Shown here: positions 10,346 to 20,700 of the stretch, in pieces
How positions within the stretch are numbered: position 1 is the stretch's first letter
Layout of the letters: the number at the start of each line of letters is the position of its first letter
Source of the DNA: a virus
DNA length: 64,000 nucleotides
Direction: 5' to 3' (one strand)
IMG/VR virus record: IMGVR_UViG_3300023174_000087
Location: 32,001-96,000 of that record
The notes under the pieces: generated by a model
What the model was told of the DNA's origin: nothing
The model's input: only the letters and a program-made list of their open reading frames with translations
The model's database searches: none
Position numbers and translations under genes: made by a program

Positions 10346-11254
10346 ATGGAGGTCATGAGAGTTCCACCTTATCCTATTACAACAACTTGGACATTACCTA
10401 TACCTAATTATACGTATATCCAGTATGTTGAGGATTTGGTGGATCACTCAGTAGTAGAAACAGAAGTAACATCAGATGCTAATGGAATAGTCATATACGA
10501 ACTTCCACTAGATAAGGTTCAATACGATAGAAAATTTTATATTAAGTTTTATGATTCAGAACATATACATACTTTGCATGAAGAAAACTTAGACATTATT
10601 AGACCATATGTAAATGCCAACAAACTTGCAACAACTGCATCAGAAGTTACAGAGTATAGAATGCTTGAGTTAGTTGCAAGATCAATTATTGATACAATTA
10701 TTCCAAATGGTTTTTATAATCACAAACAAGTTATTCAAACAGTTGGACAAGGAACAGACTATTTTCCAGTATGGTTTGACACCAACAAAGTCTTAAAAGT
10801 TTATGAAAACAATGTTTTAGTTTACGATGTTGAAACACCAGAAACAAATATTTATGATTATATTATTACATTAGATAATTCAGCAATTCAAAGAGTTATT
10901 ACAGATCCTTACAATCGATCAGAACAATCACCGCCAAATGTTCCAGTTGCAAGAGGAGACCTTGGATACTATGGGTATCAATCAGTTGGTTTCCCCGCAG
11001 GATATGACTATACATTTATTGTAGATAGCGGATATAAAACCATTCCATCAGATGTAGAATATGCAACCCAAGTGCTACTTGAAGACATTAAATGTGGAAG
11101 ATTAGATTATTACAAGAGATATGTAACAAACTATAATACAGACCAATTTAGAATTCAGTTTGATAAGAGTTTATTTGATGGAACAGGAAATCTTTTAGTA
11201 GATAAGATATTAGATAAGTATGCAAATACTATTCTTAAACCAGGGATAATTTAA
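10346..11254 (+). CDS. Head-to-tail adaptor
   Basis: Position; C-terminal GYKTIPSDVEYA...TGNLLVDKIL typical of adaptors. Confidence 0.7.
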   Translation: MEVMRVPPYPITTTWTLPIPNYTYIQYVEDLVDHSVVETEVTSDANGIVIYELPLDKVQYDRKFYIKFYDSEHIHTLHEENLDIIRPYVNANKLATTASEVTEYRMLELVARSIIDTIIPNGFYNHKQVIQTVGQGTDYFPVWFDTNKVLKVYENNVLVYDVETPETNIYDYIITLDNSAIQRVITDPYNRSEQSPPNVPVARGDLGYYGYQSVGFPAGYDYTFIVDSGYKTIPSDVEYATQVLLEDIKCGRLDYYKRYVTNYNTDQFRIQFDKSLFDGTGNLLVDKILDKYANTILKPGII

Positions 11255-11700
11255 TGATTTGCGAAGAGCCAGACTTTGCTTTTCCTATGCAAGCAGACAT
11301 ATTTTATCCAATTGTTGATCAAGGCATTTATGGTGATTTAACAAAGCAGTGGGTATTAGATAGAACAATTGTAGGAAATTTTATTCCGCTCAGTCGCAAG
11401 GGTAAAGAAGAAATAACCCCCAATGTTAATATAACAAAAGAATCAATTCTTGTCGGCAGAGTAAAAACAGACATTAGAGTATCCACAAGAGAAGAAAGCA
11501 ACTCTGTAACAAATATTATCATTACAAATATTAAAGATAGAAGTTCAAATGAGGTATACACAGAAACATCTGGACCACGCAAAGGCAAATCTACAATATA
11601 CGAAATAGCCACCCAGGAGCCGTTCTTAGGGCCTTTTGGATCAATTGAGTACTACAACGTAGTTCTAAGAAGATCAGAGAACCAGGCGAGTGATGCATGA
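11254..11700 (+). CDS. Head-to-tail stopper (putative)
   Basis: Size and synteny; beta-rich with C-terminal VVLRR. Confidence 0.55.
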   Translation: MICEEPDFAFPMQADIFYPIVDQGIYGDLTKQWVLDRTIVGNFIPLSRKGKEEITPNVNITKESILVGRVKTDIRVSTREESNSVTNIIITNIKDRSSNEVYTETSGPRKGKSTIYEIATQEPFLGPFGSIEYYNVVLRRSENQASDA

Positions 11701-12374
11701 TAACTTTAAAAATTGACTCAAAATCATTTCAAAAAGAAATGAAAAATATAATTGATTACTCTGTTGGATTTGTTGAGGGTATGGAATTAGGTAAAAAAGA
11801 ATTTTTTAATAGATTAGGTCCAGTAATCGCAGAACAAGCATCTCAATTTATTGATGCTAATGCAAGAATAGATTATCAATCATTACATCATGTTTATGAA
11901 TGGTCTCAGGTTGGAAGTCCATCAGGTAGGCTATTTGATATTACTTTTACTACAAGTAATTTAGGTCTATCTTTTATGTCAGAGTTTAGTCAATCAACAA
12001 CTATTAAGTCTGGATCTAATGTTCCATTTTCTGACAAGGCAAGAATTATGGAATCAGGAATCCCAGTAACAATTGCTCCAAGAAATGCTGATTCTTTAAG
12101 GTTTGAAGTTGGTGGAGAAATCGTATATACAAAGAAGCCAGTAGTTGTTGATAATCCTGGAGGCAGCACTCAGGGTCAATTTGCAAATGTATTTGATATG
12201 TTTTTTGGAAAATATTTTACACAAGCATTTTTAAGATCCAGCGGTTTATCAAATTACTTTAGTAATCCAGAAGTTTATAGAAAGAATTTAAAATCTGGAA
12301 AACGTGGAGGCAGACCTATTGGACTTAACACAGGATCTAGATGGGTAGCAAATGCAGGAAAGGTATCATTATGA
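11697..12374 (+). CDS. Neck/tail completion protein (putative)
   Basis: Synteny; ATGA overlaps on both sides. Confidence 0.5.
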   Translation: MITLKIDSKSFQKEMKNIIDYSVGFVEGMELGKKEFFNRLGPVIAEQASQFIDANARIDYQSLHHVYEWSQVGSPSGRLFDITFTTSNLGLSFMSEFSQSTTIKSGSNVPFSDKARIMESGIPVTIAPRNADSLRFEVGGEIVYTKKPVVVDNPGGSTQGQFANVFDMFFGKYFTQAFLRSSGLSNYFSNPEVYRKNLKSGKRGGRPIGLNTGSRWVANAGKVSL

Positions 12375-12916
12375 CAGAATCAACATCTACACTAAATACA
12401 CCAGGTTTATGGGTAAATAAGTATCTACAAGAAAAGATTTTTGGATATACCGATATCGGAATTCCATTTTTTCCAACAAAGCCAACAACCATAGATGACC
12501 TAACACAACAATGGGTAACAATATTGGATGAGCGTGTAGCATATCAAGGGGTAGCCTGTACATATGACAGACTTATTAGAATGAGAAGATCTCCATTTCC
12601 ACACATTAAGTGTGAACAATTACTATACTATTTTTATGCAACACAAGAAAATGTTACACAAAATATGGTAAAAATTCAAGAGGCAGTGTTAAGGCTTATG
12701 GATAGAGCAGATGAGTCAGCAGAAGAATTAAACAATTGGGCAAGAAATCACGAGCCTATTGATGGAATGTCCTGTAAGTTTTATTTTCATAACTTTAAAG
12801 TTTACCAGTTAGAAGAAGTAAGAGATCTTATAGATTTTGGAACAGCCAGAACCTTTGGCGGTAACAAGATAATCATTGATTTTGACTACCATCAAGATAC
12901 CTCTATTTCTCAATAG
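12371..12916 (+). CDS. Tail terminator (putative)
   Basis: Last gene before the tail tube; ATG 12371 overlaps the previous stop. Confidence 0.5.
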   Translation: MTESTSTLNTPGLWVNKYLQEKIFGYTDIGIPFFPTKPTTIDDLTQQWVTILDERVAYQGVACTYDRLIRMRRSPFPHIKCEQLLYYFYATQENVTQNMVKIQEAVLRLMDRADESAEELNNWARNHEPIDGMSCKFYFHNFKVYQLEEVRDLIDFGTARTFGGNKIIIDFDYHQDTSISQ

Positions 12917-12920
12917 TGGC

Positions 12921-12929
12921 ATTATACCA
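12921..12929 (-). promoter_or_regulatory. Antisense extended -10 promoter (TGGTATAAT on minus strand)
   Basis: ATTATACCA in an intergenic gap, the exact reverse complement of the recurring promoter motif. Confidence 0.5.
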
Positions 12930-12949
12930 CAAAAAACATTAAAATATGA

Positions 12950-12958
12950 TGTTATAAT
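12950..12958 (+). promoter_or_regulatory. Extended -10 promoter TGTTATAAT for the major tail gene
   Basis: Intergenic; upstream of SD GAGGTG and ATG 13013. Confidence 0.7.
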
Positions 12959-13012
12959 TATAAATGAGGAAACAAGCCCTTTATTCTATAAGAAAAAAAG
13001 AGGTGAAATACT

Positions 13013-13654
13013 ATGGCAGATTATACAAGAGGTTCGAGCAACAACATTATCGTTGGTGCTGCAGCACTTTTCACATATGATCTAGGTGTCTTATCAGATG
13101 CCGATCTTCCAGCATACGAAGCAGCAACATCATTTAAGGATTCCCTTACAAACGATGCTGACTACACAAATGTTGGATATACAAGCAATGGTCTTGAAAT
13201 TCAGTTCCAACCAGACTTCGGTGAAGTTAAGGTTGATCAGGTTCTTGACGTTGCTAAGTTGTACAAGCAGGGAATGCAGGTCTCATTGAAGACAACATTC
13301 GCTGAGTCAACACTTGAGAACCTATTGTTCTCACTTGCAGGAAAAGACGCAGATCTAAACGCTTACAATACAGCAGGCGCAGGATCTAAGGCACTTAATC
13401 TTTCAGCAGGAGACATTGGAGAATGTCCAGTTGAAAAGGGACTAGTTGCAGTTGGACCAGGTACAGGTGACTGTGCTGCAGGATCAACCAAGGAGCGTAT
13501 TTATGTTGCATACCGTGCACTTTCAATTGAAAATGTTACAGTATCAGCAAAGCGTGACGAAGCAACAATGTTTGAAGTGAACTTCCGCCTTCTTCCAAAT
13601 GATAATGCATCATATGGTAAGATCGTAGATCGTACAATTCCAGCAGGCGCATAA
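13013..13654 (+). CDS. Major tail (tube) protein
   Basis: VGYTSNGLE, VDQ, AESTLENL motifs; high-expression codon bias; followed by terminator. Confidence 0.85.
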   Translation: MADYTRGSSNNIIVGAAALFTYDLGVLSDADLPAYEAATSFKDSLTNDADYTNVGYTSNGLEIQFQPDFGEVKVDQVLDVAKLYKQGMQVSLKTTFAESTLENLLFSLAGKDADLNAYNTAGAGSKALNLSAGDIGECPVEKGLVAVGPGTGDCAAGSTKERIYVAYRALSIENVTVSAKRDEATMFEVNFRLLPNDNASYGKIVDRTIPAGA

Positions 13655-13670
13655 TATAACTTAACATGAG

Positions 13671-13703
13671 AAGCCCAACCCTTCGGGGTTGGGTTTTTCT
13701 TTT
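13671..13703 (+). terminator. Rho-independent terminator
   Basis: AAGCCCAACCC-TTCG-GGGTTGGGTTT then T-rich tract; cUUCGg tetraloop. Confidence 0.9.
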
Positions 13704-13711
13704 GGTATACT
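13703..13711 (+). promoter_or_regulatory. Extended -10 promoter TGGTATACT (leaderless start 13718)
   Basis: 6 nt before ATG; no SD. Confidence 0.75.
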
Positions 13712-13717
13712 ATATAG

Positions 13718-14401
13718 ATGGCTACAGAAATCTATAAAACAAAAATAATTCAATTAATTGATGGCACAGAGTTAGAAATTTCTCCATTAAAAATTAAATA
13801 TTTAAGAAGATTTATGGATGAATTTGAAAATGTAAGATCATCAAAAGATGATATCGAAGCCATATCAGCATTAGCAGAATGTGCAAGAATTTGTATGCAA
13901 CAGTTTAAACCTGAAATATCAAAAACAATTGAATTACTTGAAGACTCTGTTGACTTAGCAACTATTTATGAAATTTTAGAGGCGTCAGCAGGAATTAAGA
14001 TTAATCAACAATCAGAAGAGCCTGTTAAAAAACAGGCAGTAGAGAGTGGTTCATCTTGGGAAGATTTAGATTTGGTCAAACTTGAGTCAGAAGTATTTTT
14101 GCTGGGTATATGGAAAGACTATAATGAACTTGAAGAATCTTTATCTATGCAAGAAATAACAGCAATACTAAATGTAAAAAGAGAAGAAGATTATACTCAT
14201 AAGAAATTTCTTGCAGCAATGCAAGGAGTAGATCTTGATAAAGGAAATAACAAATCTAATGCTTGGGAAGAAATGAAAGCCAGAGTGTTTAGCGGAGGGC
14301 AAGCAGCAAATGCAAATGACATAGTAGCACTACAAGGTGTAAATGCTCAAAGGGCTGGATTTGGTATTGGTATGGGATTAGATTACGAACAAATAGATTA
14401 A
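13718..14401 (+). CDS. Tail assembly chaperone, long form (G-T-like)
   Basis: Between tail tube and tape measure; N-terminal ~100 aa paralogous to 14452..14769. Confidence 0.75.
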   Translation: MATEIYKTKIIQLIDGTELEISPLKIKYLRRFMDEFENVRSSKDDIEAISALAECARICMQQFKPEISKTIELLEDSVDLATIYEILEASAGIKINQQSEEPVKKQAVESGSSWEDLDLVKLESEVFLLGIWKDYNELEESLSMQEITAILNVKREEDYTHKKFLAAMQGVDLDKGNNKSNAWEEMKARVFSGGQAANANDIVALQGVNAQRAGFGIGMGLDYEQID

Positions 14402-14416
14402 AATACGCTTGTGCTA

Positions 14417-14425
14417 TGGTATAAT
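14417..14425 (+). promoter_or_regulatory. Extended -10 promoter TGGTATAAT
   Basis: Perfect consensus; followed by SD GGAGG 14443-14447. Confidence 0.75.
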
Positions 14426-14451
14426 TAACTAACAAACCTAATGGAGGAATA

Positions 14452-14769
14452 ATGTCAGAAAAAGCATCAACAACAAAAAAGGTAACCCTTATTGATGGAA
14501 CAACCGTAGAAGTTCGTCCACTTAAGATTTCTTTGCTTAAGCCATTTATGAAGCGATTTGCAGATCTTGCAGGGGTATCAGAAGACAATGATCAGTCAAT
14601 GGATGTATTACTAGATTGCGTAGAGATTGCATTTAAGCAGTACATGAAGGAAGAGATTACTCGTGAAACACTTGAGGAAAATATTGATCTACCAACAGTG
14701 TACGAAGTAATTGATGCAGCATCAGGTATTCAACTTACTGATCCAACATCAATTTTGTCAGCACGATAA
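14452..14769 (+). CDS. Tail assembly chaperone, short form (G-like)
   Basis: 105 aa; LIDGT..E..PLKI..L..FM..F and LEE.IDL.T.YE...A.GI motifs shared with the upstream gene. Confidence 0.75.
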   Translation: MSEKASTTKKVTLIDGTTVEVRPLKISLLKPFMKRFADLAGVSEDNDQSMDVLLDCVEIAFKQYMKEEITRETLEENIDLPTVYEVIDAASGIQLTDPTSILSAR

Positions 14770-14793
14770 AAAAAGAATGGGGTGTTATGAAGA

Positions 14794-17700
14794 GTGTCAG
14801 ATGTAAACGCTAATATTGGTATACATTTTGATACTGCCAACGCCCTTGCACAACTAAGACAATTACAGGCTGGTCTTAGTAAGTTTAATCAATCCCTTAC
14901 TGAGGGAAATGTTGCATCAGCAAATGCTCAAAAAGGTTTAAATGCTCAACTGATGCAGTCTATAAATGCTACGGGCAAGTTTGTAGCATCTCAAAGAAGT
15001 ATTGCATCAAGTACAGCATCTTTTACTGATGCACTTGAAAAAAATAAACTTAGTATGGGGCAGTATTTTAAATACACCTCTGCTGCAGCATCCCTTAACA
15101 GTAAAATGCTTCAAGGGTTTTTTACAAAAGAAAAAGAAATTCTTAATCGTGCAAGTAAGGATAGAGTTAAGGCCCTACAAACACAATATGTTCAATTAAC
15201 TAATGCCAATGGTGAGTTAGTAAAGGTTCTTCAGGTTGTTCCAAAACATCTTCAAATGGTTAATGGACAATATGCAGATTATGCAACAAGAACACAGATG
15301 GCTGCACAAAGACAGCAATTTCTTAATCAATTATTAAAGCAAGGATCTACACAACTTTTAAATTTTGGTAAGAACACTCAGTGGGCTGGTCGCCAACTTA
15401 TGGTTGGTTTAACAATTCCTTTGGTTATGTTAGGATCTACAGCAGCAAAAACATTTAGAGATATGGAACAGGCTACTGTAAAGTTCCAGCGTGTTTATGG
15501 TGATATGCTTACAAGTGTTGCAGATACCGATAAAGCAGTAGAAGGCATAAAGGTGCTTGCAAAAGAATTTACAAAGTATGGAGTAGCAGCAACAGACACC
15601 ATGAATCTTGCTGCTCAGGCAGCAGCGATGGGTCTGACAGGTGCAGCACTTCAAGAACAGGTTACATCAGCAACAAAACTTGCAGTACTTGGACAGGTTG
15701 ATCAACAACAAGCGCTTGAAACTACAATTTCTTTACAAAATGCTTTTGGTATTTCTTCAGAACAACTAGCACAAAAAATTAATTTTCTTAACGCTGTTGA
15801 AAACCAAACTGTTCTTTCTATTGAAGATTTAACGGTAGCAATTCCAAAGGCTGGTCCTGTTGTAAAACAACTAGGTGGATCAGTAGAAGATTTAGCCTTC
15901 TTTATGACTGCAATGAAAGAAGGAGGCATTAACGCATCTGAAGGTGCAAATGCACTTAAATCTGGTCTTGCTTCTATGATTAATCCTTCAAAGAAAGCAA
16001 GCGATATGCTTGCAAGTCTTGGGGTTAACATAAAGGGAATTGTAAATGCAAATGCTGGAGATCTAAAAGGAACAGTTGTAGGGTTTGCAAGAGCACTAGA
16101 TACACTAGCGCCTCTTGAAAGATCTAGAGCAATTGAACAACTATTTGGTAAGTTTCAATTTGCACGTCTTTCAACTTTATTTCAAAATATCACAAAAGAT
16201 GGAAGTCAGGCTGCAAAGGCTTTTGGTTTAGCAGGAGCATCGGTAGAAGAACTTGCAATCCTATCTGAACGAGAATTAGGAAAAGTAGAAAACGCAGTTG
16301 GTGTTAAATTTCAAAAACAAATTGAAAATTTAAAAATTCAACTTATGCCAATAGGAAAAGCATTCCTTGAAGCAGTAACTCCAATTGTACAGTTTGCTGG
16401 AAAAATGCTTGAAAAATTTAATAATCTTAGTGATGGAACAAAAAAGTTTGTAGTTGGTTTTATTGCAGTTTTGGGTGGAATTGCTCCAGCCGTACTTATG
16501 ACTGTTGGTCTTGTTGCAAATGGCGCAGCAAACCTTATCAAGTTTTTTGCAATGCTCCGTGGCGGAATGGCAAAACTTAATGGGCAAAACAATGTTCTTG
16601 GCGGGGGATTTGATTATTTAACACAACAAGAAATTGAAAATTTAACTCAATCGCAAGCACTACATACATCACATAAACAACTTATTGAAACATTTAATGT
16701 TGAATCAACATCTGTAAACCTATTAGCAACAGCGTATGCCAATGCAGCATCACAGGCAAGATCTCTTGCTTCAGGGTCACCAGGACTATTTAATGGAAGT
16801 CCAGGTGCAGTTGGTGCAGTTTCAGGACTACCCAAGAAGTTTGCATCAGGTGGAGTGGTTCCAGGAACAGGAAATGGAGATACCGTTCCAGCACTCCTTA
16901 CACCAGGAGAATTTGTAGTAACAAAAGATGTTGTTAAGCAAAACCCAGAACTAATTGCTGCACTATCAAATAAAAATGTTCAAAAATTTGTAGATGGGGG
17001 AATTGTTGGTGGAAATTCAATGTTCCTTCAAAAAGAAAGAGATAGAATTGCAAATCTTGATGATTCACAACTTATTGCTTATGCAAGCAAGGTTGGCGTT
17101 GATATAGCAGATACATCCAAAACTGCACTAGAGGATATTAGAAAGATGATATCTTCAGAGTTTGAAAAAATATTACAGGATGTACAGTCAAAATTTGGCA
17201 AAATAACACAGTCTGGAATAACAGAGGTTGGAAAAAAGTTTGATCCAGAAAAGGGTTCAAGCAGAATGGGTGCCTATTATCCAAAGTTTGATCAATTGCA
17301 AGGACAAGAATTCTCACATGTTGGACAAACTAAAGCAGTAGATGCTACATATGGAGATAACCTAAACTTAATTCCGCAGGCTCGTAATCAAGTAGAACTT
17401 ATTAAAAAGTTTTATGGAGATGGTGGCGGTAGTGGTGAGATGCCACAACTCAAGGTTGCTGATGCTCATGGATTTATGTTAAAGGGCAAACTAAATAATG
17501 CAATGTCAACTTTAGGCAAATCTGCAAGTTATGAAAAAGCAAATGGAGCAGGAAGCCTAGGAAAAGATTTTCAGGCAGACTTTGAAAAAACTGGTGCTGA
17601 AAAATGGAGAGCAATGACCACCATGATGGGGGGAGATTTTGATCAGTTAAAGTCGCAAGCAGAGGTTTATGACAAACTATTAATAGATAAACTAAGTAAG

Positions 17701-20700
17701 TGGAATTCGGAAAATCTTGCAAAACCTATACCACAAATTTTTGATGATGCTACTTTTAAACAAATTGAATCTCAAGTAACTGCAGATATGCAAACGCTTG
17801 CTCCAGAATTTTCAAAGATTGTCGATCAAGCAAAAGAAAGTATTACAGCAATAAGAATAAGCCTTGGCAATGATTTTGAAGAAGTTAATGCAATGCTTAA
17901 AGCCAATGGCGCAGGAACACTTGGAACAAACCCAAACAATGCAAAAATACTAAATTATGAAGCAAGACCAGATAATGCAAAATTACTTGGAACAATGCAG
18001 GAGGGTGCATCTTTAGGCGATGCTGCAGTTAAGGGGGTAAGATCTAAATCTGGAACAGATGCTGGATCACCATCAAAGAAAGCAAAGTCTGCTGGAGAAG
18101 AAGTTGGCGATGGACTAATCGAAGGCATGAAGTCTAAAGAAGCAGAGGTTCAGTCTCAATCATCTAAACTCGGAAATGCTGCAGTACCAACAGAAAAAGA
18201 AATTAGAGATGGTGCAATAAAGTCTGTCAAAAAATCTGCTAAAAAAGCAAGCAAATCTAGAAACTCAGTTAAAGATTCAAACACTTCAACAATGGTTGTT
18301 GATGCAGAAAATGTAAGCGTATCACAAGATATTGTAAAATCAAAGAAAAAACAACTTGCACTTTCTGATGAAACAGTATTAGCACAGCAGGCTCAAACAC
18401 AAGGAACAATTACTGCAGCAGAACTAACACAAGCAGCATCACTTAACCTTGGAGACTCCGCAAGTAGTGCTGAGCAAATCAATACAGCACAACAAGATAT
18501 GCTTAATTCATCAATAGAATCTTCAAACCTTGAGGATCTTTCTGTTGTTGAAAAACAAAAACAAGTTGAACTATTAAAGAGATATAATGCTGAAATGGCT
18601 GCACAGGTAGCAGGAGTTCAAATACCTATTGGTTCACAGACTAACGGAATAAATCCTTCTACAGCACTCAGTTCAGTTGATGCCTACGAGTTAGCCTCAA
18701 CATATACAAGAGACAAAAATGGTAGCATCTTAATGGATCCAGAAACTGGCAATCCAACATCTATGAGCAAAAAACAGATTACTCAAAAAAAGCGTGGAAT
18801 GCGTAGAGAAAAGGCTGGAAAGTATTCTGGAAAAGCAGCAGGAGCACTCGGAGTTGCTACTATGGCAGCAGGCGCAGTTGGTGCACCTCCAGCAGTAACT
18901 GGGGCATTAGGAGCAGCATCAACAGTTGCATCTATGGCTCCAGCCCTTGCAGGCATGGGTCCAGTTGGCTGGACAGTTGCTGGAATAGCAGCACTTGGTG
19001 CTGGAGCATACATGCTAAATCAGCATTTTAATAAAATAGCAGAGGCATCAGCAAAACTTGCTACTGCAACATCTGCAACAAGAGAGAGCATGAAAAAGAT
19101 GGGTGAACTGACTGGAAAAGTCGGGGCATCTCAAATTATGGACAAGCGCAGATCAACAACACAATATGGAAAATACTCAGAATCTCTTAAACTAGATAGA
19201 ACATTTGGAAATACATTTTTAGGTTCAGATCTTGGTAAACAGGAAAAGAAAACATTTAAAGAAAACTCATCAAAGTTTGGTGTAGAGCAAGCAACCTCAG
19301 ATCTTGCTCTTAAGTTATCTGCACAAGTCGCAGATGGAGTTCTTGGTAAAGACCAAGCAGAAAGCATCGCAGCAGCGCTTGCATTATCATTAAAAAATCA
19401 AAAAATTGAAATGCAAGTAACTGGAAAAATGAGAACTATTTTGGGTCCAGATGGAGAAGATCTAAAAGATAAGCCATTAAAGACAAGAGTTTTACTTATT
19501 GCTACAGCAAGACAAAGAAGCGAAAAAGCATTAAAAACAATTGAAACAAAAAGAGAAAATGGGGATAGCGCTAGAAAAGATATAGCAGCGCTTGCTGCAT
19601 ACAATATTAATAATCTTGAACTTGCAACAATGCAAGCAGACGCTGTTCAGTATGAATATGAAACACAAAAGAAGAAACTTGAAATTGAAATTGCTTCAAC
19701 AGCAAATGCTCAAAGAAAAGTAGAACTTGAAACTCAACTTGGTACACTAAACTCTAATAATCTTAAAAATACTGAAACAATGAACAACCAAGTTCTTATG
19801 AATATTAAACAAGCAGAACTTGATTTCCAAAAAGTTTATAGTGGATCTGTTTTGGGAAGTCAGGCAAATAGAGAGGACGCTTTCTTCGATGCCTCTAGAA
19901 CTACAGTAACCAATGCTTATAAAGGTACAGATCAAGAAAAATCAGCATCCAATTTCTTAAAAAATACAAAGCAACTTGAGACTGGTGCAACATCTGGAAC
20001 CTATAATAGCAAAACAAGTTTATATGAAAAAAATGGTCTTGGAACTGCAAGAGCAGCACAAACATTCCAAGCAAAAATGGAACTATTGGTTGGCGGAAAA
20101 GTAATTAGTCCAGATGAAGCAAATTCATGGATGAAGATGTTTAAGGGAAAACTAAATGAACTTGATTTAGCAATTAATACAAGCATTAAATTAAATGGCG
20201 CAGGTAAGACAAAAGAACTATTTAATATGTTCTCAGGATTTAGAAACAAAAAAGTTGCAACAAATATGATTCAACAGATTCTTTTAACAAAGAAAAATCC
20301 TGCAGAATTTGATGCAATTATGGAAACATTAAAGAATCTACAGGCACTTGATGGAACAGCAATAGATATGGAAGTTTTAATTAAATCTATTGGTTTATCT
20401 GGAGTAGATAAAATTAAAAAAGAATTTGAGCAAATTGAAGCATTAAAAGAAAAAGCAAAAAAAGAAGGCAAAAAGATAGACTTAGAAGAAGTAAAGAAAA
20501 AAGGCGGAACTGTAAATCCCGCAATTGAAGCACTTCAAAAAGATACTAAAGCCTATAAGAAATTTACTGACTTAAATGTAGAGCAACAGGGCGAGTACTT
20601 ACAAAAACTAACTGCTGCATATGCTTATCAATCACAATTAACAGACACACAACTTGAAGAAGAAGCAGCAACATGGGCTGCAGCACAGTTATGGGAAGAG

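Noticed and set aside
14024-14035. GTTAAAAAAC as a -1 slippery site in the long chaperone gene
   Set aside because: The A-AAA-AAC heptamer is not in the required register with the reading frame, and the ORF is already continuous
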